Source: Octopus bimaculoides
Taxonomy: Eukaryota
Length of the DNA stretch: 64,000 bases
Direction of reading: 5' to 3'
Assembly (NCBI RefSeq): GCF_001194135.2
Contig: NC_068990.1
Location: 73,818,072 to 73,882,071 of the forward strand
Under the pieces are notes generated by a model. It had not been told where the DNA came from. It worked only from the letters and a program-made list of their open reading frames with translations, and did not search any database. The translations under genes were made by a program, and so were the position numbers. This document shows, in pieces, positions 1-13,837 of this stretch (positions within the stretch are counted from its first letter, which is position 1; each line of letters begins with the position of its first letter).

Positions 1-616
1 GGTCTGAAGTAGTCATCAGGGTCACAAGAGGTAACAACACTTTACATATGCTATTCATTACTGCTCCTGGAAACTGTTATCTGTGTCACTAATAGGGATT
101 ACTGCTGAAACAGTCACAACAAGCTAGAACAGATTTAACAAGGCATCTTGTCTGACCCTCTTACAGTTTTGTCAATTTGCTAACTTTTTGAGTGGTACAT
201 TTTTTTTATTGATCCTGAAGGCTTGAAAGGCAATGTTGACCCCAACAGGATTTGAATTCAAAATAGTGAGAGCTGAAACAACTACTGTGGGGAATTCTTG
301 CCAATTCACCATTGTATGTTGGCTATATCTTGATCTTTCTGATAAAGCTGCACTGGTTGTTACTTTATCAGAAAGATATCAAGATAGTTATGTTTAAATG
401 CATTGCTAATGTCAATGGCAATAGAATTCCTTTCTCATTTACAAGAAACCTGTTGCATATGACACAAGAAAAGTCGTGAGTAGATCTTGAATTAGCATTT
501 TGTACCTATGAGCCAAGCACTGTACAATACGTGCTTAATAATTCTTACAATAGATGTCATCTCAGTGTTCAGAGGCAGGAATTATGCAAGTCTTAAATAT
601 TATTTTCTACTCTATG

Positions 617-790
617 AAGGGGCCAGTCGATTAGATTGACCCCAGTACACAATTGGTACTCAATGTATCAACCCTGAAAGGGTAAAAGGCATAGTCAAAC
701 TTGGTGGAATTTGAACTCAGAACATAAAAACAAATGAAATACTGCTAAGCATTTCGCCCTGCTTGTCAACATTTCTGCCAGCTCGCCACC
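617..790 (-). mobile_element. tRNA-derived SINE, family B
   Basis: Reverse complement of a motif repeated >10 times in the window (gagctggcagaa...tgagttcaaattcc...gactttgcc...cagggttgat...gtacc); B-box-like GTTCAAATTCC. Confidence 0.8.
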
Positions 791-2108
791 ATGAAAGTCT
801 TAAATATTATTTGACAACATGATTGATATCATGCTAATATTTCTTTAGACATTTGTGCATGTTCTCCAATATCCATCTTTTTCATTTTAGTAAACTACCG
901 AAAAAGCTTTCCAGTCTAAATAACACTGCAGTTATATACCTAAAATATCTTTTTTTATACTTTTTGTAATATATAATATTCTTGGTACACTGTTGCTTTT
1001 CTTTCTGTCAAAGGATTCAAATTTTGGTCTTCTGAAACAAACACTGAACAAGAGAAATTACAGAAATACTGGTGAGATATAAATTTATTGCTGAGTAATC
1101 TGATGAAATGAGAAAACAATTATCATCAAACTAATTTCAGAATAGGTTTTTAGTTTTTCTTTCAATGTTCAGATAAAAACAGAAAACCACAAGAATCAAT
1201 AAAAGATGGTAAATTACTAAATTGGATATTTTGCTAGCTTACAAACATTCCTTACTTTAATTGTTGACAATTATTTTAGAACAGAAAAGTAAAAACAAAA
1301 AAAAAATCTATTTATTCTTTCTTCCTTTTTTTTTTCTATGTCAATCAGACTTGAATAATCACATTGAAGGGTGGAAGGAAAGAAGGAGATAAAAAAAAAC
1401 GAGACAAAATATATTTGACATTCCAATATAGACACACACACACACACACACACAGTAGAAATGTTTCAACTTATTCAATAGAAAATCATTTTCGAATTGT
1501 ATGATGGTGAAAAAAAAAATTATTGAAAAATCTCTATGTAAACAGCTGATTTATTATTATTTTTTTCTTTAGAAAATCATTTAAAAATACCTTTATGAAT
1601 TCTTTTAGAATTGTTGTCTTGTTTCACTGAAATTTAATTCTACGCTGTGAAATTTTATATGTGTATTATTGTTATTGTTATAAAGCTATTGTACTTTAGT
1701 ACTACTATATATATATAAGAGGTCATTACCTGTCTCATATAAACAACTTCTCTGACAATGAATGCTATAATAGTGAAAGTGAAACAATACTTAACACAAC
1801 TTACACAGAATTTCTTGTTTAAAATTCAGTGCTAGAACTGAAGGACTTAAAAGAGATAATTACTTTTACATTTTCCACAATTAGTGATTCATTGGTAGAT
1901 AGAAATAAATGAATAAATAAATAAACAAACAGATAAATAAACAAATAATAAGCTAAAATAAAATAAATAATCACCATGTAAGAAAAAAAAAACATTGAAA
2001 TAAAAATGAGTCTGAATAGATTGTTGTAGATAAATAATATAGTTTTTAATCAATAGTTCTTTAAATGAGTCATTCAAGTAAAATTTAGAGTCATTGATCA
2101 CACATGTA

Positions 2109-2144
<36 letters not shown>

Positions 2145-2149
2145 CACAC

Positions 2150-2186
<37 letters not shown>

Positions 2187-2772
2187 TAGACACATAATAA
2201 ACACATGAAAAATTTAAATTTCCAACAAACTAGAAACTAAGAAAAATTAAAATCCTACTTTAAAAATAATTCAACATTTGATAATAGCATTCAAGAACTC
2301 ACAAAAAAAAAAAGGAAGTAAAAGTCATATGATTTTAAAATTTTGGATTCAAAAAGAATGTAAATACCTTATTTTATATGACATATGCATATATATATAT
2401 ATATATATCTTAAGAAAATGAGAACAAAATAGCTACTATAACATAAAACAAAACAAAAAATATTTATCAAGTCTGAATGAGGTTTCAACAATGCAATGAG
2501 AAAGTCAGTGGAATTAGTGAATGCATAGTAGCAATGTTTTATGAAACATCTTTGTATTTCTATTATATGAAGAAATATTGTTCCTTTTAGTACGTAAAGC
2601 ACTTTTGGAAAGGAAAAAAAAATATCATTTACTGAAATAAAAGATGAGATCATATTATAACACAGATTTACATATATGAATAGATACAGTAACTCAAGAA
2701 GCCATATACATACAAAAATATTGCAGAAACTGTTGTTGTTGTTGTCATTTTTATTGTTGCTGCTGTCGTTGT

Positions 2773-2843
<71 letters not shown>

Positions 2844-2858
2844 TTATTATTATTATAA
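2773..2858. repeat. (TAC)n then (TAT)n microsatellite, preceded by short (TTG)n
   Basis: Direct reading; explains the poly-L and poly-S pseudo-ORFs. Confidence 0.98.
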
Positions 2859-2869
2859 GACTTGTAAGA

Positions 2870-4737
2870 AGAGGACAGAGCAGTGTGGATCATCTGATCG
2901 TAAAACACGTGGCAAATCATCTCCGGATTCGAACCACTGCAGATCGATAAATGCTACAGCAAAGACCTCTTCCCGACAGGAAACTGCAGGTTAGGAGACT
3001 GATGCATCAGATAGTACTCGGAGGAAACTGAGGGTTCAGTGGCCTGCTGTTAATGAGAAAGGAAGATATAAAGAGTTTGAGGACAAGGCATGTCACGCTC
3101 TGTATAGAGTGGCAAGATCTACACTGGAGAAACTGGGAAAATTAGCAAGCTCAATATATGATATAGAAAAGGAATTACTTGGAGTGAAATATGGAACCCG
3201 ATTAGTGAAAGGAAAGTGTGGACCAAGCAGGAGGACCAGGAAAATGAAACAGTTGAGGAGAGTAAAGAACAGCTTAAGAAAGCAATGGAAATGGGCGGAA
3301 GAAGGCGAAAAACCAGGCCTCGTACAGCTGTACGAATATTTAAAAAGGAAATGCCGTTCTGTGCAAGGGCATATCTGCCGATATAAATGAAGAAAAGAAC
3401 GCAAAAGGATGCGTGAACAGTTTCTGAAAAACCCGTACGGCATTACCAAGAAGCTGTTCACTGAACTGAAGAGTGGCACCTTATTATGCATAAAAGAAGA
3501 ATTGGTTGCTCATATGAAAGACGCCTACGGTGATCTAAACTGTAACCAGCCACTGCCACCTATAAATAGGTTAAAGCATTTCTTAGAACCTGATATCGGA
3601 TTTCAAATTGCGGACATCAGGGAGAAAGAGGTGAATGATTTTATGAAAAAAGCTAGAGTAAAGAGTGCCCCAGAAGGTGATGGTATCTCGTATAAAGGAT
3701 ATAAATATTGCAATCATCTATGAAAGAAGTTCTTTGTAACTGATCCGACAGCTGTGACGCGAAGAGACTAGTAAAGGATTGGTGTAAAGCAGAAGACATA
3801 TACCTGCCGAAGAAGGCCGATGCAGAAACTATAAAACAGTTTAGGCCGATATGCTTATTGAATGTGAAAGGCAAGATTTTTATGGGAATTCTCTCAAGAA
3901 CAGTGACTTATATACAGTGTAGTGAATATATTGATGAATCAGTTCAAAAGGCCTTAATTTTTGGATGAGTTGAGCATTATTTTTCAGTTTGGAAAGCGAT
4001 CCAGGATGCCAGACAGAACAAGACAAGTCTGAACGTGGTATGGCTTGATCTAGCTAATGCATATGGCTCAGTGCCTCACGAATTACTGGTGAGAGCCATG
4101 GACCACTTCCACATTCCGGAGAAAGTAACAAGGTTAACGAAGGTATATAATGACAGTTTCGAGACGAGGTTTACAGCTGGAAATTTTACAACAGATTGGC
4201 ATCAAATGGAGATTGGCATTGCTGCTGGCTACACAATATCTGTCACGTGGTTTATCCTAGTCATTGAGATGATTTTGAAAACAGCTGACTTTTCGGAACA
4301 AATCGCCCATGCACAATAACTTAAGAATGCCTTAATGGATGACGTGACACTTCTGTCGACAGACAAGAACATTTTGCAGAGTGCCATCTTGAGGTTAGGC
4401 GAGCTTGTGAAGTGGTCAAGGATGCGATTCAAGGCAAAAAATGTCGCGTAGTCTGACATTTATTAAGGGAGTGCAAAAAGAAGTTAAGTTTAAAATAGCT
4501 GAAGAAAGTATTCCAACAGTCAAGGAAGAACCCGTTAAGAGCTTGGGGTGTGTGTACGCTGGAACATTGTCAGATAGGAGTCGCGGGATGCAAATTATGA
4601 AGCAAACCGAGGGTAGGTTAACAGCAATTGATAACTCAAAGGTACCAGGTAAATATAGAATATGGTGCTTACAATTCGGTTTGTATCCGCGCATTTCGTG
4701 GCCACTTCTAATATACGAGATGGCACTGTCACGAGTT
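2870..4737 (+). pseudogene. HERO-clade non-LTR retrotransposon RT region, with stops and frameshifts
   Basis: Motifs RVQWPAVNE, KSAPEGDGISY, QFRPICLLNVKGKIF, VWLDLANAYGSVPH, ALMDDVT, EPVKSLG, LQFGLYPRISWPLLIYE. The MDD catalytic variant and LYPRxxWPL block are HERO-like. Confidence 0.85.
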
Positions 4738-4749
4738 TAAATCATGATT

Positions 4750-4981
4750 TCGCAACTTTCACTCACCTTTCGATAAATTCGCTCGAGGACAGCACTTCTC
4801 TCTCCACTCTCAATTTTCTTTTCAGGTGAATCTTGACAAAGTCAATGAGAACTCTACCAAAAAGGAATGTATCTGTCCTCATGTTTTCCAGCCTTGTCCA
4901 CCTAACAACCTCTTCCGTCACAGCCACCAGGCAAAGGAAAACTGCCTTACCTGCCCGATTGACAGAGCGGCGGTGCTCCAT
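4750..4981 (-). pseudogene. Probable Tx1/L1-type ORF2 C-terminal fragment
   Basis: RWTRLENMRTDTFLFGRVLIDFVKIHLKRKLRVEREVLSSSEFIER resembles recalled Tx1-like ORF2 ends; no catalytic motif visible. Confidence 0.5.
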
Positions 4982-4983
4982 AA

Positions 4984-5584
4984 GAAATGAGGCACGACCA
5001 GGTTGTAAAAGTTATACGCTGGAAACTATGCCAGAAATAAGGATTTAAAACTGGAAACACATGGTACAATCATTAAGTCGAAAGAGTGCTAGAGTCGGAG
5101 AAATGTTAGATTTTGTGGGACTCTCCTATTCAAACGGACGAGAAATTAGAAAATAACAGACCAGACATTACGATTATAAATAAGCAAAAGCGAAGTCGCT
5201 TACTTATCAACCCATCATGCCCATTTGATTCCAGGGTCGTAAAGAAAGAGGAAGAAAAAAAGTCAAACAAAAAAACCCTTAAAATTTGAAATTTGGAATT
5301 TGGAGCATGTGAACAATAAAGGTTGTGCCTATAATAATTGGTGCATTAGGAACAGTGAGCCAATATATAGAATAATGGCTGGAGGAGATTGAAATAGTAT
5401 GCCCGGCAGATCTTCTGCAGAAAACTTGTCTCTTGGTGACAGTAAGGGTTATCAAGAGGGTTCTAAACACTTGAACGACAGCTGAAAACTTGTGGATACC
5501 TAAGGTTATAGGTAGTATCCCGCTATTCACACAATTCCTACCAAAAATAAGATCGAAACTGAGCCAAACCAAAATAATAATAAT
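4984..5584 (+). pseudogene. R4/Dong-clade restriction-like endonuclease 3' end with (TAA)n tail
   Basis: RHDQVVKVIRWKLCQK, WYNH, ILWDSPIQTDEKLENNRPDITII, CPFDSRV, VVPIIIGALGTV, LLQKTCLL; stop at ~5472, short 3' UTR, then aataataataat. Confidence 0.85.
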
Positions 5585-7635
5585 ATTCAGTGTTTGCCAA
5601 GTATGAATGTGTCGCAAGACTTTATAAGAATTATGGATTATTAACAAATTTCACTCTGGATTATTTTTAAACACATCTATTTTAAAATTTGTTTACAAAT
5701 ATTTTTTAATATAGCTTCCTCTACTTGTGGAGCAGTAAAAGTTAGTAACAAGAAATGGAGTAGTGCTGAACATGTCCCTTTAAAAGTGAATAGTGTATTA
5801 ATCTTGAAACACACGAAACTTATTTCAAAAGAAGACAAACAGAATTAAAAAAACAGATAAACAGAAAAAAATACAAAAAAAACTCAGTCATAAGCATAGA
5901 CAGACAGAGTTTGTTATCCGAACACGCAAAGTTGTACGACACAAACAAGAATAACAAGAACAACGACAACGATAAAGACGATGACAATAACAACTACAGT
6001 AGCAGCATTAACACGCATATACACTTGTTAAATGAAGAAAAATAAGGATAGCAGTTTTAGCTTTGCTCACACTGACACTAATAGAATATTTCTGATTATG
6101 AACTGACTGACTGAAAAGAAATCTGCTTGGCAGAATTTTGTAATGAAGTAAGGTGCATATTTGAAAGAGTTCGCTAGTCAAGAACGCAAAAAGCAACTTA
6201 CCAATCTGGGCATTGGTATAAGCAGAGAACATTTCATCATATCCACAAAAGAACAATTAGAGGTAGTTCTGACCAATGTGTGTAAGGATTTCTCCTGTTC
6301 GTCGAAGAAAATTAAGAAACTGTGTACTTGATTTTAAAAGTGAGGACATGGAAAAGACCAAACTGTGCTAGTGTGTCTTACATCTGCCTACTCCCTAATT
6401 AAAAAAAAAACGTGGTGAAACATCACGAGGGTCACAATCAAGGATACTGCAATGCTATGAATCGTCTGTTTGTCATCTTCTTAACACAGCACTGACAAAT
6501 AGTGAACACTAAAATGACCAAAAACTGCATGTGGTTGAGATGGGACCTCAACGGACATACAAGTCCGAATGACCCCTTGAGTTTGCAGAACCATACTGGA
6601 ATGGTGCCTCGTCAATTACGCAGTAGGACAGGCCATGAAACTGATGATTAAAGATTGAAGACCTTGTTGCGATATGTGTGACATGTAAAGGTCAGCTTAG
6701 GGTTTCTTATACAGAATAACTCTAGACAAATCCAGCAGCAACACTAGCAGATGGTGAAAGCTCTTACTTCAATAACGCGCTACTCGCACATCCTTTGAAG
6801 CTTCAGGATAACTAAAAGACGCGCTTTATACTTCTCTATCCAAATGTATAGAGAAAATCTTAGATCGTCTAACATGCCAAATCATACCAACACAAACAAA
6901 CTTTGTAAACTTTGCACCACAGAATGTGTGAAATTTTAATCACTAAACTAAGGTTACATAAGATACATCCTGATATAACCTCTTCTTGTACTCTCCAATT
7001 TTATAGAAACCTAAAATATTACAACCTTTACAATTCTCAGATTAACAACACTAATGGAAATAACTGTTTACATCGAGATTTTTTAATAATTTAAAATAGC
7101 TGTTTACATAGATTTTTCAAGAAATGCTTTCACCATTACACAATTCGAAAGTGATTTTCTATTCAACAAATTTTTATCCTAACATTATGATAGACAAAAA
7201 TACTCGCGCTTTCATTTATATGTCTTTTTAATGTCCTCGTATTTTTCTACATTTACGAATTAACTTGTGTCATTGTCGCAAACATACAATTGTTTTAGTT
7301 TATGGCGATTCTTTACACTTTCATGCATCTTGTATGATTGCATTCGAGTACATGTTTGTGTACATGTTTATACATTCAAAAGTATGCACACACATATATG
7401 CATTTGGGTGTATATATATATATATGTAACCACACGTGTGCTGTTAGCAGTTTCTTTTCCATCTTTGGACTTTTCCATTTCTTCTTTCCGACCAAGAGCT
7501 ATACTCGAAATGTCAAACTCTATCCTTTCACTGAGCCTCAAGGTAATACGTTTCTTGTGCACGTCCTCACGTTTGCTTTTCCATGTTATATTCGTTTATT
7601 TGAGTTATTTGTTTATTTGAATTGACTATATACAT

Positions 7636-7702
<67 letters not shown>

Positions 7703-8059
7703 NNNNNNNNNNNNNNNNNNNNNNNNNNNNNNNNNNNNNNNNNNNNNNNNNNNNNNNNNNNNNNNNNNNNNNNNNNNNNNNNNNNNNNNNNNNNNNNNNN
7801 NNNNNNNNNNNNNNNNNNNNNNNNNNNNNNNNNNNNNNNNNNTTAGCAAATTGCTTCACGACATACCGAATTTAGAAATAGGAGTCAAAAATCCTACTAT
7901 AAGAATCTCCTCGAGAGTCACACACTTTTTTACGTAGGCAAAGAGGAAAAACAATGAATCAACACAACTACGATTAGTCACATACGCGTTTCGAGATTAA
8001 AGTGTTTAAATTACTTAATTAATCTAATTGATTTATTTTACCCTTTTATTATTAATTTG

Positions 8060-8100
<41 letters not shown>

Positions 8101-8687
8101 TAATGTTCCGTGATGGTAAGATCGACAAAAAAGTATTCTATTAATAAGCCCAATATGTGTATTTATGTACTACTATTAGTTTCATGTGCTGAGAGCATGC
8201 CAAACAATGGTTTTTAACACTCTGGTGTCCTAGCACAATCATCCATGCCCACGTGACATGGATTCGAGTATATGTGTGTGTATATTTGTACCTGTGTATG
8301 TGTTGAGTTGTATTTCCATTTGCAGTAATACATACTTATGCGTGTGTATGTGTATTGCACGTATCAATGTTATTATGTATTGCTTTATTGAAGTTTGTAT
8401 ACATGCTTTCCAGTTTACATAGTTAAATATATTGGTGTGTGTATTTATGTTACTTGAAATACCAACGAACTATCCTATATACTGATATTGCTTTATATAT
8501 CCTTGTAGTACTCTTAGATGTTATATACATTGCTTAAAAATATGTTGTGTACATATCTCAACGGTTATAGATTATGCTATATGTTTGTATTGTTATACGT
8601 ACAATACATATTCGATGATAATAATATTTCTATACATGAATCTAAATTTAGTCGGCTAATTTTAAAGACAAATACTAAAATTAAGGT

Positions 8688-8739
<52 letters not shown>

Positions 8740-9326
8740 CATGTGTGTGCGTATTTATGCCTGTATGTATGCATATACATATATGGATGTGCATATACTC
8801 ACAAGCACACACGTAGACACACACACGTAGACACACACACTTTTCTCTTTATACTGCAGATTCAATATTTGCAATATTCAGAGCGATATCCCTACCAGTA
8901 GCTTTATGCCTGTGAGTGAGCTTTTGTTTTATTGTGCCTTTATAAATTTTACACGCATGTTACCATTTTTGCAATATTCAGAGATACATCTCTATCATAA
9001 GTTTCCTACTGGCAACACCGTTTTAATATTTTATTGTTTAATTTATAAAATTACTTGCAAGTTATCTAAAAGAATATTTTGTTTATGATACTGCCATGAC
9101 AACTAGGTGTTGCACAGAAATAAATAGTTTATGTTTAGCACACAGATACATATATATATATACCTATACATACAAACTGACACGTATAAGATGTTTATAG
9201 CATAATTCTTTACAATATGCAGGAAATAAACTTGAATATTGGCAAGTAAATTTGAAAAAGAACTTAAACTTTTAGCGAGTAACCTTGTCTCTTAAGTTAC
9301 TTTCTTTTTATTTATCCTTTTCTTTT

Positions 9327-9357
<31 letters not shown>

Positions 9358-9665
9358 NNNNNNNNNNNNNNNNNNNNNNNNNNNNNNNNNNNNNNNNNNN
9401 NNNNNNNNNNNNNNNNNNNNNNNNNNNNNNNNNNNNNNNNNNNNNNNNNNNNNNNNNNNNNNNNNNNNNNNNNNNNNNNNNNNNNNNNNNNNNNNNNNNN
9501 NNNNNNNNNNNNNNNNNNNNNNNNNNNNNNNNNNNNNNNNNNNNNNNNNNNNNNNNNNNNNNNNNNNNNNNNNNNNNNNNNNNNNNNNNNNNNNNNNNNN
9601 NNNNNNNNNNNNNNNNNNNNNNNNNNNNNNNNNNNNNNNNNNNNNNNNNNNNNNNNNNNNNNNNN

Positions 9666-9737
<72 letters not shown>

Positions 9738-10213
9738 GCAAGCAAGCAACATACAGTCACACACACTTACATGGACACATGCAAATACATGCAGATATTC
9801 ACATACAACACACCTAAAACAAGCGTTAACCCACATTAAGGATAATGTGATATGAAACAGTAAAAAATATTGGAGTTTTTTTTTAAATGTGTTATATTTA
9901 ATGTAAATACATTGCGGAAAGCAAACTTACTGCCTTATTTGCCTGAAGGTAATAGTTCTTATAGACGTGTTGTCTATATCGGAGGGAGATGAAAATTGTC
10001 CTTACAGTGGTTACTGTTTAAATAAACCGTCAATCTATTGTAATTTATTTGTAAGCCTCAGTTGTGAAGAAAACATACCATGTGGAAACGTTTACATTCT
10101 CTATAGCTAAGGCACTAAACAAACTGCAAATTTATTAACTTTATAAATGTTTCAGGTTTTCTGAAATGACTTTAATACCTTTTTACTTGTCAAAATCTTT
10201 CATATATACATAC

Positions 10214-10716
10214 GTATATATCTGGCAGGTATGTAAATCGTCCTTACGGTGGTTGGTGAGAGTGCTGGATGATTTTCTGCTTCCTTGGGTGTTGTCAATA
10301 GCATTCACTCGCAGCCAACCGCATAACGAGAAAAATATCTAACACACCAATATAGGAAAACGGTGAATGAACAATAACTAGTGTTGCAAATACTATGAAT
10401 AACCAACCGGTGGAATACCGTAGTAAATTTGCTTTATGCGATGTATTTACATTCAGTATAATACACAGGTGGGTAGCTATTTTAATCCAATACTGCTTCT
10501 GTTGCCTATAACGGATTTTTATTCCGTTGGGAAGCTATTTGCGACACCAGTCGCAATAGTTCATTCACTATCTTCCTGTGTCGGTGGTAATAGATTTCAT
10601 TTTAGCATGTGGCTTGTTGCGAGTACATGCTCTTGACAACGCCCAATGCAGCAGAAGTGCATCTAGCATTCCCTCAGCCACTGCTCGGGTGATTTTCCTC
10701 TGCACCTGATATATAC
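10214..10716. mobile_element. Old foldback/MITE with ~180-bp imperfect terminal inverted repeats
   Basis: 10214-10392 aligns by eye at roughly 70-75% to the reverse complement of 10536-10716 (shared ttgggYgttgtcaa.agcat..actcgca, gtgaatgaac, gtgtYgcaaata); ends gtatatatc/gatatatac. Confidence 0.7.
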
Positions 10717-11160
10717 TGTTTTTTTTTAGACACAACACACCCATAAAAGATAATATCTCCGGGCAAATACTAAAGTAAATTTGCTTTATATATTTTTGCC
10801 CAAATACTTATTCTAAAAAATAGCTTTTCTGCAACTTGATTTTTACCTTCATTAAATCAATAGCGATAATACTTTGGTAGTCATATATTTTCCTTGACTA
10901 ATCAACTTTCATTCACATATAATTTTATTTATTCTGTTTTTGTTTGTCTCTTCACATATTCATCTTCCTTTATCTACATTCAAACTTGCTGATCTTTGGA
11001 TTCACTTTTCAGATTTTTACTCCTAATTTTCTTTTGTCTGTAATTTTAACTACTGCTGCAGCTTCTTATTTCTTTGACATTTCACATCTGATGGTGAAAC
11101 TTTCTATCTATTTTGTTTTCCTACATAAACGCCAGAAAGGAAAAAACTTCTGTTTTTAAA

Positions 11161-11790
11161 GTTCCCATCGAGATGGGGGGAATTCAACCATGTTTCGTGG
11201 TCTGCTACCACAACAGCTCCTTTAGAGGATCCAGTTAGCTCAAGACATCGTCAGGAGGAACCACATCCGGTTTCGGCCCCTACTCCTCTACCGGGTTTTC
11301 TCGGATGCTCTGATCTTTTGAATACCTTAGCATCATTACTGTCCTCACCTTTCCTGCTTTATATTCTTCGGTGATTGATGTTATTGGTAGTTACAGCACG
11401 GGTTTTCCATATAGTGCAGTTGTATTCAGTGGTTTCGGCAGACCAAGCCATTTTCTGATAAACACACTGCATCTTTGTTCCATCCTTTCTATTCTACTCG
11501 CGGCTATTTTGTACATTTGCAATGGCCACATTATCCTTGGGTACAGCCCAAATTGCAGTATCCAACATTTGAATTTTCCCGGCGGTGTTGTTCTGTCAAT
11601 TGCCTTTAATCCTTGTTCTACTAACTTGTGTGTTTCTTCCCCTTGCTTCTTATCATTTAATAAATCTCTATACCATCTCCCAAGACTCTTTACTGGTTGT
11701 TCTTTCACTGTTGGTATGGACCCATTCAGTTGCCAAGTGTTATTCAAGAGATCAGAAAGGGCCACTCAGAAGGCCTCCACAATGATGGAA
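11161..11790 (-). pseudogene. Second HERO-clade RT fragment, different subfamily
   Basis: PTVKEQPVKSLGRWY, PGKFKCWILQFGLYPRIMWPLQMY, FIRKWLGLP, LPITSITEEYKAGKVR. Confidence 0.85.
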
Positions 11791-11915
11791 AGATAATTTA
11801 GTTAAGCTATTCAGGACAAGATGGAAGAGAACAATTCAATTACGAAAGAGATGTAAGTGCATGGTGACTGGTGATGCATAACAACATCTGATAGTCTACT
11901 CGATATTGTGATTCA

Positions 11916-11960
<45 letters not shown>

Positions 11961-11983
11961 GCACATAAATATATACATAAAAC

Positions 11984-12029
<46 letters not shown>

Positions 12030-13804
12030 GTATTATTAGATAGATATAGATATATATACATGCATATACACACACACACACAAACATATATATATGGTTA
12101 GATGTATGTGTACACAAACACGCACACATACAAACACAAAACACCTTATGCTGTCCTGTTTAGGTCAACTTTGCCTTTCATCCTTTTGAAGGTCAATGAA
12201 GAAATATATATATAAAAAAAATATAAGACAGCATTCTTCATTTGAGAGAATGATTAATGAAAAATACTGAACATGAAACCAAGAAACAACAACAACAACA
12301 AAGAACTGGAAACACAGAAAGAGATAGACTAGAAATAACTACTTCCCGTCTATCTGTTTCCTTTTATATTCCTTCAACCCTCTTGGAGTCTGAATAACTG
12401 CATAATAATCTTGGAGACAAGTAACAGAACACCTTTACTGGATTAGCAGATGAATCTATTGAAACATCATTTAATGTTGCTGCCTAATGTCTACTGTTGC
12501 TCTTCCTTCCAGAGCCTTTGGAACAAACAAACAAACAAAAAAAGTTGTATTTTTCTCTTTATTTTTGTGTGTCAAATGATTGGGATTTTTAAAAAACTAT
12601 GTATTGATTATTTTTTTTTTTTAACTAATGAGAAATAGACATTAGATGGTTGTTGTATTTATAAAGAGAAAAATCTTTACTGCTATGTGTTTATTTTGTT
12701 TTTTTTTGTTTTTTTTTCTTTATATTTTTATTGTTTCCAATTTGTTTTTCTTTTTTCCTTTCTTCACTTTTGTTATACTTTTTTCTTTCTTTTCTTTTAG
12801 TTTTTCGTTTTTCTTTCTTTTTGTTTGTTTGTTTGTTTGTGAACTNNNNNNNNNNNNNNNNNNNNNNNNNNNNNNNNNNNNNNNNNNNNNNNNNNNNNNN
12901 NNNNNNNNNNNNNNNNNNNNNNNNNNNNNNNNNNNNNNNNNNNNNNNNNNNNNNNNNNNNNNNNNNNNNNNNNNNNNNNNNNNNNNNNNNNNNNNNNNNN
13001 NNNNNNNNNNNNNNNNNNNNNNNNNNNNNNNNNNNNNNNNNNNNNNNNNNNNNNNNNNNNNNNNNNNNNNNNNNNNNNNNNNNNNNNNNNNNNNNNNNNN
13101 NNNNNNNNNNNNNNNNNNNNNNNNNNNNNNNNNNNNNNNNNNNNNNNNNNNNNNNNNNNNNNNNNNNNNNNNNNNNNNNNNNNNNNNNNNNNNNNNNNNN
13201 NNNNNNNNNNNNNNNNNNNNNNNNNNNNNNNNNNNNNNNNNNNNNNNNNNNNNNNNNNNNNNNNNNNNNNNNNNNNNNNNNNNNNNNNNNNNNNNNNNNN
13301 NNNNNNNNNNNNNNNNNNNNNNNNNNNNNNNNNNNNNNNNNNNNNNNNNNNNNNNNNNNNNNNNNNNNNNNNNNNNNNNNNNNNNNNNNNNNNNNNNNNN
13401 NNNNNNNNNNNNNNNNNNNNNNNNNNNNNNNNNNNNNNNNNNNNNNNNNNNNNNNNNNNNNNNNNNNNNNNNNNNNNNNNNNNNNNNNNNNNNNNNNNNN
13501 NNNNNNNNNNNNNNNNNNNNNNNNNNNNNNNNNNNNNNNNNTTATTTATTTATTTAAATTTAAACCCCGATTCATTTCTCCTTTCTCCTTGCTGCCACCA
13601 CCCTGTCACGTAAATTACCAGATTTAAGCCTTGTTCTAGTTCTTATAAAATTTATGAATTAATTAATTTTTAAAAAAATGAAAAAAAAACAAAACAAATA
13701 AAGAGAATCTTACTGAAATCAATAAAATGCTATAACTTAGGTTAAGTATCTGCTTGATAGATTCTTAATTTTCAATCATGTAAACTGGGGTAACATTTCA
13801 TTCA

Positions 13805-13837
<33 letters not shown>

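Noticed and set aside
1014-1071. Plus-strand 58-nt exon candidate (aag|GATTC...ACTG|gtgaga)
   Set aside because: Isolated, no recognisable protein, expected by chance.
6203-6295. Minus-strand 93-nt exon candidate
   Set aside because: Good splice signals, but no homology recognised and no partner exons.
9931-9942. Second 12-nt microexon candidate GCAAATAAGGCA on the minus strand
   Set aside because: Weak pyrimidine tract; chance is likely.
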